From the IMG/VR virus record IMGVR_UViG_3300047510_002037, positions 1 through 64,000 of that record: a stretch of DNA of 64,000 nucleotides; one strand, 5' to 3'. This stretch comes from a virus. Shown one piece after another: positions 39,687 to 47,067 of this stretch. A program made the position numbers and the translations under genes. The notes under the pieces were generated by a model that did no database searches, was not told the DNA's origin, and saw only the letters and a list, made by a program, of their open reading frames with translations. Within the stretch, counting starts at the first letter, position 1. Each line of letters begins with the position of its first letter.

Positions 39687-39710
39687 TTTAGTAAAAATAT
39701 CTTATCTAAC

Positions 39711-40142
39711 TTATTTATTATCCAGTTTAGTAGACTTTAAAAGTTTGGATAACTCTGAAGTGGATCCAACAAATAAAGCATTAGTAACATTTGTTGGATT
39801 TTTGGATTTTGAATCCTCTTCTACTTCTTTGAGTTTTTTTTGCAGTTCCATTAATTTATCTGTTGCATCTGCAACATTTTTAATCAATTGACCTGCTACT
39901 TCATATGCCCTAGGCATTTCGCTTTCTTGAGCTAGTTCTAATATCCCATTGATAGCTTCCTGACCTTTTTCTATTAACGAATATAAATTTCCCCTAGTAT
40001 ATTCATAATCTTTTTTAATATCATCATTGGTACTTTTTGGTTTAGTATCTATGGACATATCTTTTATTTCTTCTATTTTTTTAGATACTATCTCTCCAGT
40101 CACATCAAAAGCAGCATCTAAATCATCGAAATTTTGTTTCAT
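39711..40142 (-). CDS. gp16: Terminase small subunit
   Basis: DYEYTRGNLYSLIEKGQEA, PRAYEV, NALFVGSTSEL; likely start ATG 40142 just after the gp15 stop. Confidence 0.9.
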   Translation of the reverse strand: MKQNFDDLDAAFDVTGEIVSKKIEEIKDMSIDTKPKSTNDDIKKDYEYTRGNLYSLIEKGQEAINGILELAQESEMPRAYEVAGQLIKNVADATDKLMELQKKLKEVEEDSKSKNPTNVTNALFVGSTSELSKLLKSTKLDNK

Positions 40143-40143
40143 C

Positions 40144-41148
40144 TTACACAAAGTCTCCATCAAAACCAAAATTATCTCCAAATTCTATTAAATCATTGTC
40201 TTCATCAGTAATTAGTTTTACTCCAGAACCAGATACATGCTCTGATGGAGATGTCCCATAAACACCTCTAGTAACTTTCAGTAAATTTGAATCTTTTGAT
40301 GTTACTTTTAAAGTTTCTTCACCTATAGTTATGTAAGACCCTTCTGTTATCAAGCTAGAATCAGAAACTTCTATGCGTGTATCACTTACAGTTACGTCTT
40401 TTGCTGTTGTAGTAGTATCATTTTCTGAATAACTTTTTGTTGCTGTTGGAGTAACAACATAAGAAACTTCTCTTCTCCTCTGAAGAGTCTCTGCTCCAGA
40501 TACAAGTCCGATAGAAACTTTTTTGATAATATCCTGAGAGGCAGAAGTAGATGTAGGTCCAAAGATGTAAGTTTTTGCTGTAAATGATAGAGTATAAATC
40601 AACGCTCTTCTTTTAGTAAAATCTCCTTCATATTCATCACTCATTGAAATATTATCTAGAATAACTGGTATATCTCTAGTTTCTCCTATCTGATCCACTA
40701 AATCGACGGTCACACTGTATTGTGGTTGAAAATATGGTAATATTTGCTCAATAATTTGAAGCATATCATCATTTATTTTTGTGTAAATTGAAAGTTCAAA
40801 TGTAACATTATATGGAACAGGCATGTATAATTTTCTTATATCCTTACCATCAGACTTACTCTGAGCTAAGAATGATTGTGCAGTAGTAACTTTTCTTCCA
40901 GGATCATAAGATATACCAGTCATTTCAAAAGACATTCTGGGTAAAGTCAATTGAACTGGTTTATTTAAATCTGGAGACTGCTCCAATCTAGCAAGAAATT
41001 TTTGCATAGGTCCATAAGCCAAAGGAACTTTGGTTATAGACTTTGTATTATTAGATTCATCTACTTTTGCTATTTTAATCTCATTAAATAATGATCCAAA
41101 AGCAATTATAGTCTTCCTTAGTATCTCGTTATAAAAATATTCAAACAT
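40144..41148 (-). CDS. gp15: Tail sheath stabilizer / completion protein
   Basis: YFYNEILRKTIIAFGSLFN, VPLAYGP, LPRMSFE, QIIEQILPYFQP. Confidence 0.93.
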   Translation of the reverse strand: MFEYFYNEILRKTIIAFGSLFNEIKIAKVDESNNTKSITKVPLAYGPMQKFLARLEQSPDLNKPVQLTLPRMSFEMTGISYDPGRKVTTAQSFLAQSKSDGKDIRKLYMPVPYNVTFELSIYTKINDDMLQIIEQILPYFQPQYSVTVDLVDQIGETRDIPVILDNISMSDEYEGDFTKRRALIYTLSFTAKTYIFGPTSTSASQDIIKKVSIGLVSGAETLQRRREVSYVVTPTATKSYSENDTTTTAKDVTVSDTRIEVSDSSLITEGSYITIGEETLKVTSKDSNLLKVTRGVYGTSPSEHVSGSGVKLITDEDNDLIEFGDNFGFDGDFV

Positions 41149-41187
41149 ATTTTTAAATTTTATTTTAATATCTACTATTTAACACTT

Positions 41188-42582
41188 TTATGGATTTCCA
41201 AATGGATTTCTTTCAGAAAAGTCGATAATAGCATCACCTTCTATCTCTATATTTTTGTTATCTGCAAAAGGATCTGAAAAATCTAGTAAATCATATTTTG
41301 TTTGTGGTCTTATCATGTAAGATGCTGATGATGCAGAACCGACAATAACATCATTATTTAAAAATTCTCCAGTAAGTTGATACACTTTTAATGTATTTGT
41401 TAAAGAGTCCCAAGACTTTACTTTAGCAGTTGTGCCGCTAACTGACCCAGTTATAATTTCATTAAGTTTGTAGTTGCCAGATCCAGTCATATATGGATTT
41501 GATATTGTAATAGTTGGTGCGACAGTATATCCAATACCAGCATCAGTTATTAGAAGTTCAGTTATTGTTCCTGCAGTACTAACCACAGCTCTACCAACCG
41601 CTGTTCCAAATCCAGCTGGTGGTGCGCTAAAGGTCACTATCGGATCAACTACATATCCAGATCCAGCATTAGTTATAGTGATAATACCAACTATTCCGTC
41701 TGCAATTTCTGCGATACCTGATGCGCCACTTCCTTCTCCACCAGTAAAAGAAACTAATGGTGCTTTACTGTATCCATAACCAGTTTTAGTAAGTTCTACT
41801 CCTTGAACTCTTAATAAGCTGGAGTCGGTCTCGCAAAAATCTGTAATACCACTTATCATAGTGGCTATTCCAGCAGATGTTCCTCCAAAAGATGGAGATT
41901 TTGAGAAATTTACTATAGGTGCTGAAGTATAACCAGTTCCTCTGTTAGTTATAATAACTTTTCTAACACCGCCATTAACTATATTGGCGATAGCAGTTGC
42001 AGTTGATCCTGCACCAGACATAACATAAGTTCTAGTGTATCCCTCATTTACTACGTTATCATCAATCTCATCAACTCCAGTATCTAAAATTTCATTTCCA
42101 TATCTAAACAATTCGCATCTTAACTCATATACGTAATTTTTTTGTAGTTGGTAGAATGGTTTTTCGTGCTCTACAAATTTTATTTCAAATAACCTATCGC
42201 CCAATGGAAAATAAACCAAATCACCTTCTTTTGGTCTATTTGAAAGTTTTATATTTTCTTTATTCTCGATTAAAGGTTTTATATAGCTTTCATATCTTTC
42301 TTTTGATATAATTAAATTTAGATCATCTCTTGCTTCGACTCCAAATTTACTCATTAATACTCCAGCACCTTCATAACCTTCGTAAGTCTGCACATATGCT
42401 TCTATTGGATATGCATCAACAAACTCGGATTCTATTACCTCTCTTATTACAGTTTTTTCAGTAACATACATTCTTGGAATATAATAAACATCAACACCAT
42501 ACATCCTCAAATGCTCATTTATCAAATCTTGCAATAGATTTTGTTCTGATTTTGAACCTTGAAGGAAAAATGGATTTAACAT
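41188..42582 (-). CDS. gp14: Neck protein (extended)
   Basis: EQNLLQDLINE, RPKEGDLVYFP, DFSERNPFG; internal ITxxGxGY repeat insertion. Confidence 0.92.
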   Translation of the reverse strand: MLNPFFLQGSKSEQNLLQDLINEHLRMYGVDVYYIPRMYVTEKTVIREVIESEFVDAYPIEAYVQTYEGYEGAGVLMSKFGVEARDDLNLIISKERYESYIKPLIENKENIKLSNRPKEGDLVYFPLGDRLFEIKFVEHEKPFYQLQKNYVYELRCELFRYGNEILDTGVDEIDDNVVNEGYTRTYVMSGAGSTATAIANIVNGGVRKVIITNRGTGYTSAPIVNFSKSPSFGGTSAGIATMISGITDFCETDSSLLRVQGVELTKTGYGYSKAPLVSFTGGEGSGASGIAEIADGIVGIITITNAGSGYVVDPIVTFSAPPAGFGTAVGRAVVSTAGTITELLITDAGIGYTVAPTITISNPYMTGSGNYKLNEIITGSVSGTTAKVKSWDSLTNTLKVYQLTGEFLNNDVIVGSASSASYMIRPQTKYDLLDFSDPFADNKNIEIEGDAIIDFSERNPFGNP

Positions 42583-42586
42583 TTGA

Positions 42587-43405
42587 TTATCCTATCATAT
42601 CGAATGGTGGAAGTTCATAATCAGAAGACATTTTTTCCATTAGAGAATCTATTTCTCTTTGAGCATCATCGTATATTTGTCTCCCATTTAACTCTACTCC
42701 CCCAGGAAGTTTTACTCCCTGGAATTTGATTAGATTCTGTCCCCATTGACGTTTTATGAGTGAAGTTAAATATAATTTTAAAAATCTATCATTCCATATT
42801 CTTGAAGAATTTGCCGGATCAGATACAACATAACAATCTATAACTAAGTATTTTCCTGGAGTTACTGAAGCCCAATCGATGTCCATATACAATTTTCCAA
42901 GTCTTTTATTAAATCTTATTTGCTTTTGCGTTGTTAATAGAAAGTCAATATCTTCTAAGTATGTTTTAGTCATTGCATAGGTTAGCAATTCAACTGCTCC
43001 CCAATAGTAAATATCATTTAAAAATAATTGATATTTTAAACTGAACATTCCACTAGAAACTGTATTCGATCCCTCAAAGTGAAATATTTTATTAATTCCT
43101 ATTACTGATTCTGGTATAGGTAGAAAATTGGAATTTTCTTCATAATCATAATTGATAGAGTTTTGAGTAACAGTTGTAGTTGTTATTCCAGAAGTACCTC
43201 TTGCCCTATCAATATCTTGTTGGGTTATTTCATATTTTAAAAAGGTTTGTGTTACACCATCAAAGTGTCTATCCTGGAAATATTGAATAGCATCATCAAC
43301 AAGATCATCTATTTGCTCATCTGCAACGTTTATTTCCAGTACAGGAGCACCAAGTTTTCTCAAACAATAATCTATTAGTTCTTGTCTAGTTGATGGTTTT
43401 GCCAT
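42587..43405 (-). CDS. gp13: Neck protein
   Basis: YCLRKLGAPVLEINV, KRQWGQNLIKF.GVKLPGGV. Confidence 0.95.
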   Translation of the reverse strand: MAKPSTRQELIDYCLRKLGAPVLEINVADEQIDDLVDDAIQYFQDRHFDGVTQTFLKYEITQQDIDRARGTSGITTTTVTQNSINYDYEENSNFLPIPESVIGINKIFHFEGSNTVSSGMFSLKYQLFLNDIYYWGAVELLTYAMTKTYLEDIDFLLTTQKQIRFNKRLGKLYMDIDWASVTPGKYLVIDCYVVSDPANSSRIWNDRFLKLYLTSLIKRQWGQNLIKFQGVKLPGGVELNGRQIYDDAQREIDSLMEKMSSDYELPPFDMIG

Positions 43406-43575
43406 TATAGGTCTGAAATAACTTCTTGTTGTTTAAAGTATAATTTAATATAACACTTTGCAATATTTCTCAAAGTTTCAATATCATCTATACTATCTAT
43501 ATCTCTAGAAAGTTTTTCGTATTCAAATGATTTAGAAAGTTTATCTAGATCAATTTTGCTTGGATCGAATTTCAT
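43405..43575 (-). CDS. 56-aa two-helix protein, NblA-like (not in ORF track)
   Basis: Manual translation MKFDPSKIDLDKLSKSFEYEKLSRDIDSIDDIETLRNIAKCYIKLYFKQQEVISDL; stop overlaps the gp13 ATG; AGAGGA upstream. Confidence 0.6.
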   Translation of the reverse strand: MKFDPSKIDLDKLSKSFEYEKLSRDIDSIDDIETLRNIAKCYIKLYFKQQEVISDL

Positions 43576-43789
43576 TTAATAATCCTCTTAGTGTATCTTT
43601 CAATTCAATTATTTCTCTTTTTAAGAAGTCAACTTCACTTTGCAAATTATTCATTATAAATGTTTCATTTTCTTTTTGTCTTTTTAGTGTAATATAATTG
43701 TTATATTCAACAGAATTTGTATTTAATATTGCATTTGATGATGTATCTCTTATAAGAGATACATGACCCTCTACTTTAGCTATTTCCAT
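43550..43789 (-). CDS. Small coiled-coil hypothetical protein
   Basis: KVEGH.SLIRD.SSNAILN pattern, typical downstream of the VrlC-like gene. Confidence 0.75.
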   Translation of the reverse strand: MEIAKVEGHVSLIRDTSSNAILNTNSVEYNNYITLKRQKENETFIMNNLQSEVDFLKREIIELKDTLRGLLNEIRSKQN

Positions 43790-43794
43790 AGTAA

Positions 43795-46305
43795 TTATGC
43801 AAGTGCAATAACTCTAAGATCTCTTATTCTTATTGGGTATGTTTGATTTCTGGATGATCCAGTTAATTTTATACCAAAAGATCTAAATGATGGTAAATTA
43901 TTAATAGTAAATTCATAATCTCTAAATGCAAGTTCATTACTTAGGAATCCAAACACATCAGTTTTTGGAACCAAAGTATCAGAATTTCCATTACTCAATG
44001 AATCATTGATAACACTACCATTTTGTGCAATATTTGAGTATCCTGGGAATGGATAATAGATAAACTGCTCTCCAGCATTATTTGATATTCCGTAGAAAGC
44101 TCTTAGATCGCTATCTATGTTCACATATGCAGAAACAATAATTTTAATTGAGGTAGCTGGGGATTCTAGAGTTATTGGTTTTGTAGCATAAACAAATGAA
44201 TGTGGATCATCTTTTAGTGATGCAGTTCTTTCATCTGTTGCATAATTTTCAATAGGTCTATTAATTCTATTAGTAGTCAAAATAGCTGAAACTCTATCGA
44301 GGTCAATTACTGGAGAAACAAAATTACTAGTCGATGATAAATTTAAGGACATATTTAATGATTTATTTCCCTCAATACCATCCTCTGGAAGTCTATCAAG
44401 TTCGTTTATTCTAGAAGCTACAATTCTAGGTGACTTTAGATAATTTGTATCAGTCAATGAAATTTGATCAAATCCTTGATCAACAAAGGAAATTTCAGAT
44501 CCACCAACACTTCTACCAGAATATGTTCTAAGTGCTGCACTGATTGACGTTCCATTCAAAGTCATGGTTTGAACCAACGGCCTAATAATTTCAAAATTGA
44601 TATTTTGAGTTGCTTTTATGAAAGGACCGCCACAAGACTTTGTTTGTTTAAAATGTAATTCTGGTAATGTAAGTGGAGAATTATTTCTATCAAGTCCAGA
44701 TGTATTTGTATCAATTCTTACATGATAGTAATCCAAGTCAATAGGATTGGTAACAGTAGCATCTTGCAAAGTATGAACTTTGTTAATTCTTCGAAGTGAT
44801 ATTCCATTCAATTCGTACTTATAGACAACAGAACCAGCTGGATATTGATATGCTGGTGTTCCATCAATACCTCTTATGATGCCTGTTAATGTATTTCCCG
44901 AAACACCTTCATATGATAAGATTTCATCACCTATTTTAATATATCCTGGATTTGTTGAACTGACTCCAATATTTTCGAATGATGAAAATATACTAAATCC
45001 TGTATCTGGATCTGTTGCAATTCCTGTTAAAGGTATATTTTGTACTGTATCACTAGCATATCCGTTAACAAGTCTGGCGAAGGGTAAATCTGAAGTTACA
45101 TCGGATATTCTCACCAAATTTTCTGGAGCGTGCATTCCATGATTTGGATGATTTACTTTTATATGAAGTCCATCGGATTCAATATCAATATCAGATACTC
45201 TAACGTCAGATCCGGAGTTATAATTTATAGTAGTAGTAATACCTGAGTTATTTACATACTGTAAGGTATTTCCTGCACCAACTCTAAATGTTCCTTGTAC
45301 CTGATCCACTATTAACTGATTAATTCCTGATATATTAGATACGGATAATCTCAGATTTCTTCCTAAGATAGTGCTTCCCAAAGCATTTACTGTTACTACA
45401 TCTCCAACAGTATATCCAGACCCACCATTAACAATAGTCGCTCCAACAGCAACACCTTCTTGAATAGTTATGTTTGCGGTTGCATTTTTTCCATTCCCAG
45501 TTTCTGTTACTAATGGAACATCAAAGTACGTTAATCCGCCCAAAGATGGTGTATACCCAATACCCGAATTAACAATAGTTAAATTTCCAGAAGATGCACC
45601 AGCTGATCCAACTAAATTTGCTGTTGCATCGGAATCTTGCTGTAATATTGTATTTCCAACCTTGATATCAGGATCAGTTACAATCCTATTTAAATTTAAT
45701 CTTAATTTCTTGGAAGTAGTCTCTAAAGAATTTTTTGATAATTGCGCTATTTGATTATTCCCAAGCGCCAACTCTGGATTATAAAAATTAACATTACCAT
45801 CATTTGTGGTAAAATTAGCTCTGTATAAATTAAACTTTAAATCTTCATATTGATTTGCCGTCCAAGTCTGACCATTTTGTGATAAAAATAGAGAACCAGA
45901 ACTTGGTTGAGTACTTATTATGACCTGTTTAGATTCTTGTTGATTGATAAAGGTAACATCTGGTTCTCCAATATGTGATATCCAAACAGTATATTCGCTA
46001 GAATTTGAAGTTAAAACCAAAGCATGAAACTTATCTCCCTCAAGATATACTGGAGATGGAAAATTAACTCTTGTTGGTGCGGACGCATCTGGAGATGGAA
46101 GACATTTAGTTGGTTCTAAAACAACTTCGCTGAATGGGTAAATTTCTGGGGTTGGAAATCCAAGCTTCATAGGACGAAGTTGAACCGTAACGGGAACTTG
46201 TTTATCTATAGAATAAAAGAATATATCTACAGATGTTACGAAAATACCTGCCGGGTTTTCAACATAAAATGATTGCGCTAATGGATCTTGTATTTTTGTT
46301 GCCAT
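43795..46305 (-). CDS. C-terminal part of the VrlC/DUF4815-like virion protein, expressed as a separate gene
   Basis: Begins at DPLAQSF, has GSLFLSQNGQTW..Q.EDLKF.LYRA.F, ends IRDLRVIALA; own late promoter at 46350-46356. Confidence 0.8.
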   Translation of the reverse strand: MATKIQDPLAQSFYVENPAGIFVTSVDIFFYSIDKQVPVTVQLRPMKLGFPTPEIYPFSEVVLEPTKCLPSPDASAPTRVNFPSPVYLEGDKFHALVLTSNSSEYTVWISHIGEPDVTFINQQESKQVIISTQPSSGSLFLSQNGQTWTANQYEDLKFNLYRANFTTNDGNVNFYNPELALGNNQIAQLSKNSLETTSKKLRLNLNRIVTDPDIKVGNTILQQDSDATANLVGSAGASSGNLTIVNSGIGYTPSLGGLTYFDVPLVTETGNGKNATANITIQEGVAVGATIVNGGSGYTVGDVVTVNALGSTILGRNLRLSVSNISGINQLIVDQVQGTFRVGAGNTLQYVNNSGITTTINYNSGSDVRVSDIDIESDGLHIKVNHPNHGMHAPENLVRISDVTSDLPFARLVNGYASDTVQNIPLTGIATDPDTGFSIFSSFENIGVSSTNPGYIKIGDEILSYEGVSGNTLTGIIRGIDGTPAYQYPAGSVVYKYELNGISLRRINKVHTLQDATVTNPIDLDYYHVRIDTNTSGLDRNNSPLTLPELHFKQTKSCGGPFIKATQNINFEIIRPLVQTMTLNGTSISAALRTYSGRSVGGSEISFVDQGFDQISLTDTNYLKSPRIVASRINELDRLPEDGIEGNKSLNMSLNLSSTSNFVSPVIDLDRVSAILTTNRINRPIENYATDERTASLKDDPHSFVYATKPITLESPATSIKIIVSAYVNIDSDLRAFYGISNNAGEQFIYYPFPGYSNIAQNGSVINDSLSNGNSDTLVPKTDVFGFLSNELAFRDYEFTINNLPSFRSFGIKLTGSSRNQTYPIRIRDLRVIALA

Positions 46306-46379
46306 TTCTAGTAATTACCCTTTCTCAAGAAAACTAAATCTTATCTTATTATTTATTTTTCAATTCTTTTATTGTTTAT

Positions 46380-46790
46380 TTATCGGAGATTCTCAAAGTG
46401 GGATACATTTTCCTCCCCATAGTTTAAGGTTAGCTCATTATCAATATTAATATCATGAATAGCATAATGCCTCATAACCTCATTTACCTTATCAATTTCA
46501 TATTCAACATTTGGATTAAAGCTGTGATTGTACATTCCACAAAATCCCATACCGATAACATGATAATCGTCGTCAAATTTATAACTGTAATCTAAACATA
46601 TTTGAGTGTTGGTAATTTCATCCATAGGAACTTTAAAGTATGGAAATTCTTCTATAATTTCATACTTTTTTATCGGTTCTCTAGCAAAAACTCCCCACCT
46701 ATGAATTTCAGATCTTTTAATTATTAATTTATTAGCAAATAAAAGATTGTCTAAGTACAAAGATCTTGAAGATTCTAAACCCGTTCTCAT
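46380..46790 (-). CDS. SET-domain protein-lysine methyltransferase
   Basis: SEIHRWGVFA, YNHSFNPN and ELTLNYG signatures. Confidence 0.88.
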   Translation of the reverse strand: MRTGLESSRSLYLDNLLFANKLIIKRSEIHRWGVFAREPIKKYEIIEEFPYFKVPMDEITNTQICLDYSYKFDDDYHVIGMGFCGMYNHSFNPNVEYEIDKVNEVMRHYAIHDINIDNELTLNYGEENVSHFENLR

Positions 46791-46809
46791 ATAAACAACC
46801 TCACTACTC

Positions 46810-47067
46810 TCATTTTTTAGTTTTCAAGTAATCCACTTCTTGTTTCAATTCTTTTATAGCTTCAATCATAACAGGAATTAACTGTTTATAATCAACCGCC
46901 AAATAACCATTTTCTTGTTCTTCAACCATCTCAGGAAATTCTTTTTGAACTTCCTGAGCGATCACACCATATGCGTTTCCAGTTACTCCTGTTATATCTT
47001 TCATTTTATCGTTCCATTCATAATATTTCCCATTTAATTTTGCAATTTTATCAAGATAAAACCCCAT
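46810..47067 (-). CDS. Stand-alone C-terminal half of a peptidase S74 chaperone domain
   Basis: LDKIAKLNGKYYEWN...GVIAQEVQKEFPEMV...VDYKQLIPVMIEAIKEL; lacks the catalytic SD..LK. Confidence 0.8.
   Translation of the reverse strand: MGFYLDKIAKLNGKYYEWNDKMKDITGVTGNAYGVIAQEVQKEFPEMVEEQENGYLAVDYKQLIPVMIEAIKELKQEVDYLKTKK

Noticed and set aside
40143-40181. N-terminal extension of gp16 given in the ORF track
   Set aside because: It overlaps the end of gp15; ATG 40142 directly after the gp15 stop is the more plausible start.
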